DNA of 64,000 nt from Holosporales bacterium (GTDB taxonomy: Bacteria; Pseudomonadota; Alphaproteobacteria; Holosporales; Holosporaceae). Shown here piece by piece: positions 19,668-29,114 of this stretch. Under the pieces are notes generated by a model. That model was not told the origin of the DNA and did no database searches. It saw nothing but the letters and a program-made list of their open reading frames with translations. The DNA is taken from assembly GCA_947461445.1 (NCBI GenBank), contig CANHKV010000002.1:28442-92441 (forward strand), in the 5' to 3' direction. Both the position numbers and the translations under genes were made by a program. Numbering within the stretch: position 1 is the first letter of the stretch; each line of letters opens with the position of its first letter.

Positions 19668-21152
19668 ATGTCATCTGTTTCCCTTATGTCGTCACCCGGA
19701 TCTGAAACCTTTGAAACGGTTATCGGATTAGAAGTTCACGCCCAAATCGTTTCACAATCCAAATTATTTTCTGGATCCAGCAGCCAAGTATTTGGAAAAG
19801 AACCCAATACCTGCGTGTCCTTTTTAGATGTTGCTATGCCTGGCATGTTGCCAACACTGAATGGAGAATGCGTGGACCAAGCCATACGATTGGGGCTGGC
19901 CATCAGCGGCACCATATCGTTGGTTTCTGTCCTGGATCGCAAGCATTACTTTTATCCAGATAATCCGGCAGGTTATCAAATTTCACAATATCAAAAACCG
20001 GTGGTTCAAGACGGTACATTGCAGATTTTAAATGCTGAAAAAGCTTGGAAAACCATTCGCATTCAACGCATTCATATCGAGCAAGATGCGGGTAAAAGCA
20101 TGCATGACCAAGATCCTCACAAATCCTATGTGGATTTTAACAGGGCAGGGGTGGGGTTAATGGAAATTGTTTCTCATCCTGACTTATCCAATCCAGACGA
20201 AGTGATTGATTATGTTAAACGGTTGCGTTGCTTGATGCGTTACCTGGGCGTTTGTTATGGAGATATGGAAAAGGGGCAATTGCGTGTTGATGCCAACGTT
20301 TCTGTACGCCGACCAGGAGAAGGGTTGGGTACGCGCGTAGAGTTAAAAAACATGAACTCCTTACGGTTTCTGCACAGTGCCCTGAACTATGAAATCCGTC
20401 GCCAGATTGGCGAAATTGAAAATGGGGGACGCATCGTACAGGAAACGCGCACCTATGATCCTGCATCAGGAAAAACACGCCCTATGCGTACAAAAGAAGT
20501 CGCGGATGATTATTTCTATTTTCCAGATCCAGATCTGACACCCGTTGTTATTTCCTCTGAGCACGTTCAAGCCATCGCATCCTCATTGCCTGAAACGCCC
20601 TGGGCAAAACATGCTCGATTTGTTCAGGTGTATGGATTATCAGACTATGATGCAGATTTATTGGTCCAGGACTTGGATGTTTCACACTTTTTCGAGCACG
20701 TTGTGTCATTTTTATCCGATCCAGCATGGGCAAAATTGGCCGCCAACTGGATCTTAGGTGAATTCTTTGCCACATTAAATCGTACAAATACACCATTTTC
20801 TGATACCCAAATTCAACCTGAAAACATGGCGGCGTTAATCCAAGCTGTGGCAAATAAGACGTTATCCAATCTTTTGGCCAAAGAAGTATTCGGGATCATG
20901 TTTGAAACTGGGGAAAATCCGGAAAAAATTATGAAACAGCGTGGGTTGGTTCAAGTATCCAATCAAGAGGACGTTCAAAACTGGATTTGTACCGTTTTAA
21001 ATCGAGAAAAAGACAATGTGAGCGCTTATTTATCCGGAAAAGATAAGTTGTTTGCCTTTTTTGTTGGTCAAGTCATGAAGGAATCCAAAGGCAAAGCCAA
21101 TCCTCAGGCAATCCAAGAGCTGTTGGTTGAATCTTTGGAAAAACTGAAATAA
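19668..21152 (+). CDS. gatB: Asp/Glu-tRNA amidotransferase subunit B
   Basis: N-terminal FETVIGLEVHAQ, DRKHYFYPD and RIHIEQDAGK motifs, with a C-terminal GatB/YqeY tail. Confidence 0.95.
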   Translation: MSSVSLMSSPGSETFETVIGLEVHAQIVSQSKLFSGSSSQVFGKEPNTCVSFLDVAMPGMLPTLNGECVDQAIRLGLAISGTISLVSVLDRKHYFYPDNPAGYQISQYQKPVVQDGTLQILNAEKAWKTIRIQRIHIEQDAGKSMHDQDPHKSYVDFNRAGVGLMEIVSHPDLSNPDEVIDYVKRLRCLMRYLGVCYGDMEKGQLRVDANVSVRRPGEGLGTRVELKNMNSLRFLHSALNYEIRRQIGEIENGGRIVQETRTYDPASGKTRPMRTKEVADDYFYFPDPDLTPVVISSEHVQAIASSLPETPWAKHARFVQVYGLSDYDADLLVQDLDVSHFFEHVVSFLSDPAWAKLAANWILGEFFATLNRTNTPFSDTQIQPENMAALIQAVANKTLSNLLAKEVFGIMFETGENPEKIMKQRGLVQVSNQEDVQNWICTVLNREKDNVSAYLSGKDKLFAFFVGQVMKESKGKANPQAIQELLVESLEKLK

Positions 21153-21288
21153 CGCTCCTGTGACATAACACCTCAATCGAGCCCCTGGCCAAATGGTTTA
21201 GATAAACGGGCTCTATGAGGGAGGCCGAAACCACCCGATCAGGATAGGTACATGGCACACCTGAAAAACACACACACACAGTTCAAAA

Positions 21289-21317
21289 AAGAGTGCTATT
21301 GACTTTTGTTAACCGCC
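21289..21317 (+). promoter_or_regulatory. Sigma70-like promoter candidate (TTGACT-17 nt-AATAAT)
   Basis: Hexamers read directly from the sequence, about 70 nt upstream of ATG 21389, which itself has a GGAG SD. Confidence 0.35.
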
Positions 21318-21388
21318 CATCAATAATGATCTTGAAAACATAAACCAGGAGGATTTTTATTTGAAAAACCAATCAACCGGAGATTATT

Positions 21389-21960
21389 ATGATAATAAGC
21401 AGAACCTTTGTATTGCCAGCCATAATTTTAATTGCAGCTTTTAACAGTATTCATGGAAACAATCCAAACATTGATTCCAGCGCCATAGAGACTGATGAGA
21501 TTACAACGATGTTCCAAAACATTAAAGATAATGTTTCCGACATTAAAAATAAAACACTTCTTATTTTAAAATGCATTTCAGATTCAAATTTGAATAAAGG
21601 TTTGAATAAAAACTTTTTTAAAAGCAGTATGGAAAATTATACACAATTAGATTTACACAATTAGATTTACACAACGATCATAACAGCCCATCAATAAGCA
21701 TTGACTTAAATGATGAAGATGTAAGTGAGTTGAAAAAAACTGTGGGTGAACTGTACCAAAAAATCAGAAAACAACGCAAAGAATTCGCAGATTGCTCTTC
21801 TGTATTTTTGAATAGTGGTATTCAAATTGATCAAACCGATCAATATATAATGGCAAACAGCATAGCTTTATTTCAATTACACATGGATTGCAATAATTAC
21901 GAAAAACACCTGTCAAAAAAGAACCATAAAAACAAAAATGAAACAGAGCTGAATGGCTGA
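21389..21960 (+). pseudogene. Secreted-protein gene split into two ORFs by a 14-bp tandem duplication
   Basis: ORF 21389-21664 has a signal peptide (MIISRTFVLPAIILIAAFNSIHG). ORF 21730-21960 is open back to 21676. Deleting one copy of TTAGATTTACACAA fuses them in frame. Confidence 0.55.
21647..21674 (+). repeat. Perfect 14-bp tandem duplication (TTAGATTTACACAA x2)
   Basis: Copies at 21647-21660 and 21661-21674, read directly. The premature TAG at 21662-21664 lies in copy 2. Confidence 0.95.
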
Positions 21961-22094
21961 TCATCCTGTCTGCCATGGCATCTAAGTTACTAGACGGGGA
22001 GAGCACGGAGCAGGAATGCATCCCCCGTCACCATTTTTGTCTGTCCGCCATTCCCCAGATGTTCTGTACACCACAATACCGTAATGAGCATCCT

Positions 22095-22617
22095 ATGATG
22101 AACAGGATGACTCTGGTTGATCTCGAAGGATTGGCAATAGGCAGTGGCGAAAAAGTGGCTGTGCATCAAGAAGGATTGTTGCACTTGGCCTTTTCCATCC
22201 TGTTGGTGGATTACATCAAAAATCCCAAAAAAACCATCCTGCAAAAACGTGCTGACCACAAATACCACAGTGGAGGATTCTGGAGTAATGCCTGTTGAGG
22301 TCACCCTATGCCCCAAGAAAATACGGCTTATGCGGCCAAGCGTCGTCTTTTTGAAGAGCTAGGCATTCACGGGATTGATCTGATTCCATCAGGTACCACC
22401 ATGTATCGTCTGAATGGGAGCAATGGATTAATCGAACACGAGTACAATCAGGTATTCATGGCTGAAATGCCGTTGACATGGAGCATTCCCTAATCCAGAA
22501 GAATTAGACCATTAGAAATGGATGGCTCTAGAGGAACTGACTCCAGATCTTGCCCATCATCCCCATTCCTATAGCCCTTGGTTGCCCCATGTATTGCAGA
22601 CCGTTCATTGGATCTGA
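22095..22617 (+). pseudogene. idi: Isopentenyl-diphosphate delta-isomerase (type 1, Nudix fold) pseudogene
   Basis: The pieces match the IDI layout (HLAFS..., FWSNAC*GHP, RRLFEELG, EHEYNQVF, SPW...). Lesions are an in-frame TGA at 22296-22298, a frameshift near 22477-22492 and an in-frame TAG at 22513-22515. Confidence 0.7.
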
Positions 22618-22688
22618 TGATGGAAAAAGTTTTCTAAGGGGCAGGCCAGCAGGGGAAACCAAATCCCATAGAAATTCCCACAGGGGCT

Positions 22689-25070
22689 CTATAACAAGGA
22701 ATAAGGATCCCGGTCAATATCGATGCCCACACCACGAGGCCAATCTGTGCTATGCAACCATTGCTTTAAAAAGGCATATACGGGCGCTCTGGGCTTGGTT
22801 TTTAATAAAAAACGCCACCGGTATCGGCCACGCAAGGGGTTCAGTGGGGCTGGTGCTGGACCAAAAACATGAATGTCAGGATGGTGTGGACAGCTTTTTT
22901 TCAAGGCTGCGGCAATCTTTTCAACCTCCCACTGTTTTGCATGAGACACAATAACGGCCGTTAACCGTGTAATGGGTGGGCAATCCAAGAGACGTCGTTT
23001 TTCCAATTCTTGCTGGACAAAATCGTCCCAATTGTAATGGCGCAAGTATTTAAACAATGGGTAATCCGGTTGCATGGTTTGCAAAAATACGTGTCCGGCG
23101 CGATGCTCTCTGCCCGCTCTGCCTGCGACCTGATACAACAATTGAAACAAGCGCTCACTGGCCCTGAAATCCATATCACTCAGCGCAAAATCCGTATCTA
23201 CAATCCCAATGCATGTTAAATGGGGGAAATGATACCCCTTTGCAATTAATTGCGTCCCAATTAAAATATCAATCTCTTGCCGTGCAATGCGATCCAAAAT
23301 ATAGGTCATGGCCTCTGTTGACCCCACATGATCACTGCTGAGCAAACACGTTCGAGCATTGGGAAAAACAGTCGATACTTCTTTGGCAATACGCTCTATT
23401 CCTGGCCCCATCAACAAGACGCCACTTTGATCATGACATCCTGGGCAGGCATCAGGAATGGGCAAGGCATATCCACAATAATGGCACAACAATCGTGGTG
23501 GTTTTTCATGAACTGTCATCCATGCACTGCATTGGTGGCACGCTGCACGATACCCACATTGATAACACATCCATAAACAGGCATATCCTCTTCGGTTTAA
23601 AAAGAGCAATGTTTGCTCTCCTTTATCCAAGGTTTCTTGAATGGTTTTTCGCAATAATGGACTGATCCAGGCATTCTCTTTTGGGGGATGAGGGCGCATA
23701 TCAATACACGAAAATGTGGGCAATTGAGCGCCACCATAACGATGGTTCAAGCGTACATGGCCGTATCGATTTTGCGCCACATTCATACGGGTTTCCATAG
23801 ATGGTGTGGCCGAAGCCAATACCACAGGAATTTTTTCGCTGGCACCACGTAAAACAGCCATATCACGGCCATGATATAACAGGGTATCGCTTTGTTTATA
23901 AGACATTTCGTGTTCTTCGTCCACAATAATCAGCCCTAAATCGGCATAGGGCAGGGCCAAAGCAGAACGAGCACCAATGATTAGGCGGGTTTGCCCTGTA
24001 ACAATATTCTCAAAACCTTCTTGGCGCATACGCGGACTCATGGCCGAATGCCACAACGTCACCGGCATGTCAAAATACTTTTTGACACGATTACACCAAG
24101 GATAACTGAGCATAATTTCGGGTAACAGCACCAAAACTTGTTTTCCTGCATCCCAAAAAGACTGACTTAACGCCAACAGGACCTCTGTTTTGCCGGATCC
24201 AGTAACGCCTTCTAATAGAACGCAAGGAAATTGACTTAACCCAGATTTGGTTTGATCCAGGGCTTCTGTTTGTTCAGCATTCAGAATCAAGGATTTTGAT
24301 GAACCTATGGGAATAGGTCTAAAAAGCAGGTTGGGGTTTTGACACGGGATCAATTCCTTTTTTTGTACCAATGATCGAACCTTGACCAAGGAAATCCCTT
24401 GTTTACTGGCCCATTGCCGCAACGTTCCTGTATACCCATTGGCAATGGAGGAGTCAGAGTTCACAGTTGAGCAGCCAGATTGTGATAATGATTGCGCGGA
24501 TGGTTCTGGTTCAACGTCCACAGAGTCTTGTATGCTGTTACAGTCCCCACTAGGCCCACCATCATTGACCACATGAACAGATGAAGGCGTATACAGAACC
24601 ATTTCTGCATATTTTATAGCTGGTGGCAAAGTCATTTTCACAATGACGCCCAACGGGCAAACCAGATATCGTGCCATAGACGCCATCCATTGCATCAAGG
24701 ATGGTGCCAATATCAATGGCTGCAAGGCACAGAGCTCTAGAGCACATATAAGGGTTTTTAAAGGCTTTTTTGGGGCGTGTGGGCAGGGTAGAGCCTCTTT
24801 CCAAAGGACTCCCCACATCAATCGTGCACCAAAAGATACCAAAACCACAGCCCCAATGGGAAGATTTTTGGGCGCAAGATAGATGAATTCTTGCCACAAC
24901 GGGGTCGGAACAACCACATGAACAGGCCGTAAATCTGTATAAAGATTTTGTACGCTTTGATTCAATGATTTCTGATCCAACAACGTTTGATCTTTTGGTG
25001 GGCCCCCATTGTTAATGATGATGGCTTTAATGGTTGGTTCAACGTTAGGATGCATAGAGAAATAGGGCAC
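22689..25070 (-). CDS. priA: Primosomal protein N' (replication restart helicase PriA)
   Basis: Walker A LLEGVTGSGKTEV, DEEH box and Cys-rich zinc-binding region (CYQCGYRAACHQCSAWMTVH...CHYCGY...CPGC). The ATG at 25055 is an alternative start. Confidence 0.9.
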   Translation of the reverse strand: MPYFSMHPNVEPTIKAIIINNGGPPKDQTLLDQKSLNQSVQNLYTDLRPVHVVVPTPLWQEFIYLAPKNLPIGAVVLVSFGARLMWGVLWKEALPCPHAPKKPLKTLICALELCALQPLILAPSLMQWMASMARYLVCPLGVIVKMTLPPAIKYAEMVLYTPSSVHVVNDGGPSGDCNSIQDSVDVEPEPSAQSLSQSGCSTVNSDSSIANGYTGTLRQWASKQGISLVKVRSLVQKKELIPCQNPNLLFRPIPIGSSKSLILNAEQTEALDQTKSGLSQFPCVLLEGVTGSGKTEVLLALSQSFWDAGKQVLVLLPEIMLSYPWCNRVKKYFDMPVTLWHSAMSPRMRQEGFENIVTGQTRLIIGARSALALPYADLGLIIVDEEHEMSYKQSDTLLYHGRDMAVLRGASEKIPVVLASATPSMETRMNVAQNRYGHVRLNHRYGGAQLPTFSCIDMRPHPPKENAWISPLLRKTIQETLDKGEQTLLFLNRRGYACLWMCYQCGYRAACHQCSAWMTVHEKPPRLLCHYCGYALPIPDACPGCHDQSGVLLMGPGIERIAKEVSTVFPNARTCLLSSDHVGSTEAMTYILDRIARQEIDILIGTQLIAKGYHFPHLTCIGIVDTDFALSDMDFRASERLFQLLYQVAGRAGREHRAGHVFLQTMQPDYPLFKYLRHYNWDDFVQQELEKRRLLDCPPITRLTAVIVSHAKQWEVEKIAAALKKSCPHHPDIHVFGPAPAPLNPLRGRYRWRFLLKTKPRAPVYAFLKQWLHSTDWPRGVGIDIDRDPYSLL

Positions 25071-25114
25071 AAATAAAATTTAGGATGCATAGAGAAATGG
25101 GGCACAAATAAAAT
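25046..25114. repeat. 35-bp-period tandem duplication covering the priA start region
   Basis: TAGGATGCATAGAGAAAT(A/G)GGGCACAAATAAAAT occurs at 25046-25079 and 25081-25114 with one mismatch. Confidence 0.9.
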
Positions 25115-25186
25115 CAAACCATTTTTTGATTAAAAATTAAATCTTTTCCAAATATAATAACACCAGAAACGCTGGAAAACACATTT

Positions 25187-25336
25187 ATGTTTAAAAAAAC
25201 CATTGCTATTTTTATGTTTACAATATCTTTTTCAACGCTATACGCAGCGCCTTCAATGAGTTCAATATGTACAGCATGTAAGGATAAACTGAGTCCACAA
25301 CACCATAATAAATCACCCATCAAAGACCATATCTAA
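25187..25336 (+). CDS. Candidate small secreted peptide (49 aa, two Cys)
   Basis: Sub-threshold ORF MFKKTIAIFMFTISFSTLYA/APSMSSICTACKDKLSPQHHNKSPIKDHI with a clear signal-peptide-like start in an AT-rich patch. Weak SD. Confidence 0.3.
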   Translation: MFKKTIAIFMFTISFSTLYAAPSMSSICTACKDKLSPQHHNKSPIKDHI

Positions 25337-25796
25337 AGATTTTTCACACAAGAATATAGGGTTTCAATGGCACATATTCCCTATCAGAATCAGCCCCATG
25401 GTGTCATTTGATGATCTAACAGGTGTCCGATATTAAAAGATGGCCCCGTAAACGTAATACCGGAAATATTTCGAAAAAGACAGGACATCTAATGCACACC
25501 CTGTATTAATTACAGATCTACCCAGAAAAAGACTCTATAATTACATTAATGTAAACACCCATGGATTGGACCAACAGTAAAACTCTGCCATGATGCTGTA
25601 TCACAGCCAATGAAAAACAAGACACCTCAGCACCAACGCCACCATTTTTTGTTTGGTGTTGTGCCCCCCCTGCCTTTGTAAAAGGCACACCCCTCACATT
25701 TGAGTGGATTTTATGAACTGGCTCTGGTTTAAATGTGCGGATTAACGGTTAGGAATCCCGTTAAAAGGGCACCCAAACGCCTTTACATACCCCAAA

Positions 25797-26597
25797 TCAT
25801 ATTCCCATCTCTCCTTTGGGATAGACGTTCTCAGATAAGCCCTCTGCTATGGCCCGTTTACAATAAAATGGTCGATGCTGTTGGGATAATCCATACTGTG
25901 CTATGGATTTTTGATGGGCTTGGGTACCGTATCCTTTGTTTTTATTCCAGGAATACACAGGGTTTTCCTGGTGTAATTCATTCATATTTTCATCTCTTGC
26001 CACTTTGGCTAAAATGGATGCCAATGCCACGCTGTAACTTTGACCATCACCACCAGGACATGATTTTTGTACCCATTTTGCGGGCAATCCATGTCGACCA
26101 TCCACAACCACCCCTTGAATGGTGTGTAGAAAGGGGGTGGATGCGCCCTTTTCTCTCCAATAAATCCAAGATCCAGAGTTCAAACCCTGTAATGGCTGTG
26201 GCAATACCCCGGATAAATAACCATCTAAACATTGAACAGCCTGCACCATGGCTTGCAGTGTGTGTTGCAATCCCAATCCTTGCACAACATCTTTTACAGG
26301 CACATACGCAAGGGCATAGGATCCCCATGTCTGGTTTTGAATAAAAGCTTGACATAAATAGAGACGTTTTTTGGAACTTAATCTTTTAGAATCATTCAAT
26401 TCTTTTAAGAATTCATCCGATACCAGCTGGCGATTAATCCAAACGGCCGCCACCACAATGGCTCCAGCCCATGCGCCATACCCCACTTCATCCACCCCCA
26501 CAATGTAAGGGGCCTGTTGCACAGGGTCAAGAATCGTGGTCAAGCTGTCCTCATGATCAAAATGTAATGATGCTTTGATGGATGGGGTTCTGGCCAT
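25797..26597 (-). CDS. rnhB: Ribonuclease HII
   Basis: VGVDEVGYGAWAGAIVVAAV (DE-G-G motif), later VVDG and ASILAKV motifs. Longer than usual (266 aa) with an internal insertion. Its ATG overlaps the upstream stop by 1 nt. Confidence 0.8.
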   Translation of the reverse strand: MARTPSIKASLHFDHEDSLTTILDPVQQAPYIVGVDEVGYGAWAGAIVVAAVWINRQLVSDEFLKELNDSKRLSSKKRLYLCQAFIQNQTWGSYALAYVPVKDVVQGLGLQHTLQAMVQAVQCLDGYLSGVLPQPLQGLNSGSWIYWREKGASTPFLHTIQGVVVDGRHGLPAKWVQKSCPGGDGQSYSVALASILAKVARDENMNELHQENPVYSWNKNKGYGTQAHQKSIAQYGLSQQHRPFYCKRAIAEGLSENVYPKGEMGI

Positions 26598-27664
26598 TAT
26601 CGTGAAAAAATCCCTGTGGATGCAGGATAGGTAAATAAAACGATGTGTAAAAGATTAAACAAAAAATGAACGGCCCAAGCATACTGGATGCGCCCTGTTC
26701 CATCATAAACAGCCCCATAAAACAAACCGACCAGCATGGCCAATGCTCCATAAACCGGACCGCCTTTGATGGCGTGATCCATGCCAAAAATCACAGATGC
26801 AGCAAGTATATGTGGTCTGTAACCCATTATATTTGGGCTGAGCAATCGCGTAAACCCCTGCTTTATTCGACCTTGCAAAAATCCACGGAACCAAACTTCT
26901 TCAATAAAACAAACGAAAAAGATGTTGTTTAGGGACCACAAACCCAGAATGCTTGGCCACTTGATATCCCATTCTATGTATCCAATACCCAGCCCACACA
27001 AGACCACCACCGTTACAGTGGCCGCAAAGCCTGCGCTTATCCAGAATACCCTGTCCTTTTTTCTGTGAAAAGATTCAGAGGGTTTGGGGCAATGCGCACC
27101 ATACATACACAGCATCATGGCCAATACCGTGCGATCAAAATTAAACCACATGGTATACGGCACAGAGTGTTCCGAAACTGTATACTGGGATAACACGCAA
27201 ACATTGAAAAATCCTGGCCATTTATGGTGTAAAACACCAAAAAAAATAATCACTATGCCGAAGAAAGCCATGGCTGAAACAATGGATACATCTCTATTTT
27301 TTACCGTTTTATGGTATAAAACCCCCTGTTCAAAGGCACCTGCCGCGTGGAACAGCCCACAACACCAGGCAAATAAGCCAAAAATCACGGCCCCATACCC
27401 ATTCATTAGGCCAGAATACAACCCCAAGGTGCACCCCAATGCCCATACGCCTATGGGTACAATAAAACGGTCTGACACCCAACCATTTCCTGGCAATGCA
27501 TTTTTAATCAACAATCTGGGATAAAAAACAGATGCCGTATTAATCACAGCAATAATTCCAAAAGATAGTGTGACTAAAATGCTTTTCAAATCAATCATTA
27601 TAAATTTCTTAATAAAAACAATTGAATAAAAAAACACTTTTTTTGAACCCCAAGGTTTTTTCAT
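26597..27664 (-). CDS. CPBP-family (CAAX/Abi) intramembrane glutamic protease
   Basis: Polytopic membrane protein with the three CPBP motifs EEVWFRGFLQ, FGMDH and HFLFNLLH. Confidence 0.75.
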   Translation of the reverse strand: MKKPWGSKKVFFYSIVFIKKFIMIDLKSILVTLSFGIIAVINTASVFYPRLLIKNALPGNGWVSDRFIVPIGVWALGCTLGLYSGLMNGYGAVIFGLFAWCCGLFHAAGAFEQGVLYHKTVKNRDVSIVSAMAFFGIVIIFFGVLHHKWPGFFNVCVLSQYTVSEHSVPYTMWFNFDRTVLAMMLCMYGAHCPKPSESFHRKKDRVFWISAGFAATVTVVVLCGLGIGYIEWDIKWPSILGLWSLNNIFFVCFIEEVWFRGFLQGRIKQGFTRLLSPNIMGYRPHILAASVIFGMDHAIKGGPVYGALAMLVGLFYGAVYDGTGRIQYAWAVHFLFNLLHIVLFTYPASTGIFSR

Positions 27665-27753
27665 CCATCATGATCTAAACAGACTGTTTTAACTGTGCCT
27701 TCCCTGATCCTCTGGATCAAACCAAGAGACAGGGATTTCTTGGCATCACACCT

Positions 27754-29085
27754 TTATACGGCACGAGCCTGATTAATGGCCGTGATGGCGCGACTCTGCT
27801 GATCTTCGTCTGGGCCAAAAAATCGGACATCGGTATGCATGCGTAAAAAACCTCGAATTTTCAGGGCATCTTCATTCGTCAGAGACAGACGTACCTCTAT
27901 AACCCGTAAATCCTGGTTTTTTTTAGGATCTGGTTCCTGTAAGGTGTTTGATCGAACAATGCTAGAAATGTAATGCACATGTCCTATAATGGGCTGCATT
28001 TTGTTTGGAAAAGAAATTTCGGCTCTTTGACCCATAAAAATTTTAGAAATATCATTTTCATGCACTTCCGTCACAATTTCCAACCGAGTCAAATCGGCCA
28101 TCAGTAACAGACCTTCATTTGGCCTGCATTGTTCTCCTACCTTGCCATTAATCATCAGAATCATGCCATCCATCGGTGCGCGAATTTGACATTGCTCTAA
28201 AAGTTCCTTGCACAAGACTATTTTTTGCTCTGCAATGTCCAGCACAATTTTTTGCTTTTCTACCAATAAATCTGCCTCGGCAGAATCTTTTTGGATGTTT
28301 TCAAATTCTTGACGAGATACGGCCTTACTGGCGAGCATTTTCTCATGGCGCGCTAGCTTTTCTTTACACTTTTCGGCCTTGTTTTTTGCAATCTCTAACT
28401 CTGTTTTGGCCAATCTGTATTCCAATTCTGCCACGATTTTTTGATTTTCTCTAACCTTATAATGACTAGAAACCACCAGAACATCATTTTTTTGAACACT
28501 CTGCCCCTCTAAAACAGAAATGTCTGATATCACGCCCATATTGGCTTCTTGGTTTGACATGGTAAGGGTTACGATTCCATGGACAGATTCAATGTACCCT
28601 TGGGCACCAACACCCAGTGACAATGGGGTGGATGACGCGTGGTCTGATGATGGGGGTGACGATAGACCAGCGCCTATGGGTTCTGGATTGTGTTGCACCA
28701 TGGCAGGACTTGAGTGTTCAGCCCCTGCCTTTCCTTTTTCGTCAGATGCGTCGCCAGAATCTTCCCGTTTCTTTTTATTGCTCTGGTCGTCCTTGTCATC
28801 CGTTTTTTCATCTTTTTGGTCTTTACGACCTGATGCAACAGTATTGGCTGCCTTTTTGCCTGATGATTTTTGGTCGGATCTGGACTTTTCTTTTCTGGAT
28901 TTTGAAACGGAAGACTTCGAATCAGAGCCCTTCTGGGGTGTGCTGTTTCCAGCATTATCCTCTTGGGACTTATCTCCATTGACACAAAAAACAGACATGA
29001 CTATCGCAAAAAAAACAACCTGTTTCGGCACGACACGGTGACGCCCCATAATCCTTAAAAACATGTTATTTTTACAGACAGCCAT
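27754..29085 (-). CDS. HlyD-family membrane-fusion / periplasmic adaptor protein with a long disordered N-terminal linker
   Basis: N-terminal TM anchor, then about 130 aa of K/S/D-rich low complexity, then biotinyl-lipoyl-like, coiled-coil hairpin and beta-barrel segments (IRAPMDGMILMINGKVGE). Confidence 0.65.
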   Translation of the reverse strand: MAVCKNNMFLRIMGRHRVVPKQVVFFAIVMSVFCVNGDKSQEDNAGNSTPQKGSDSKSSVSKSRKEKSRSDQKSSGKKAANTVASGRKDQKDEKTDDKDDQSNKKKREDSGDASDEKGKAGAEHSSPAMVQHNPEPIGAGLSSPPSSDHASSTPLSLGVGAQGYIESVHGIVTLTMSNQEANMGVISDISVLEGQSVQKNDVLVVSSHYKVRENQKIVAELEYRLAKTELEIAKNKAEKCKEKLARHEKMLASKAVSRQEFENIQKDSAEADLLVEKQKIVLDIAEQKIVLCKELLEQCQIRAPMDGMILMINGKVGEQCRPNEGLLLMADLTRLEIVTEVHENDISKIFMGQRAEISFPNKMQPIIGHVHYISSIVRSNTLQEPDPKKNQDLRVIEVRLSLTNEDALKIRGFLRMHTDVRFFGPDEDQQSRAITAINQARAV

Positions 29086-29114
29086 GATTATTTCTCCCTG
29101 TTTTGAAAAAAGCC

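Noticed and set aside
22296-22298. The TGA at or next to the catalytic-Cys position of idi could be a selenocysteine codon or a recoded sense codon.
   Set aside because: The same gene has two further lesions, a frameshift and an in-frame TAG. TGA also clearly terminates other genes here, for example gatC, whose stop overlaps the gatA start. Pseudogenisation is the simpler reading.
25733-26344. A 203-aa + strand ORF overlaps rnhB.
   Set aside because: It lies almost entirely opposite the well-supported RNase HII frame and has no recognisable motifs, so it is a shadow ORF.
28520-29041. 173-aa and 121-aa ORFs lie on the + strand opposite the HlyD-like gene.
   Set aside because: They are antisense to the low-complexity K/S/D-rich coding region, have a low-complexity S/D/F-rich translation and no start context. 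They are typical shadow ORFs.
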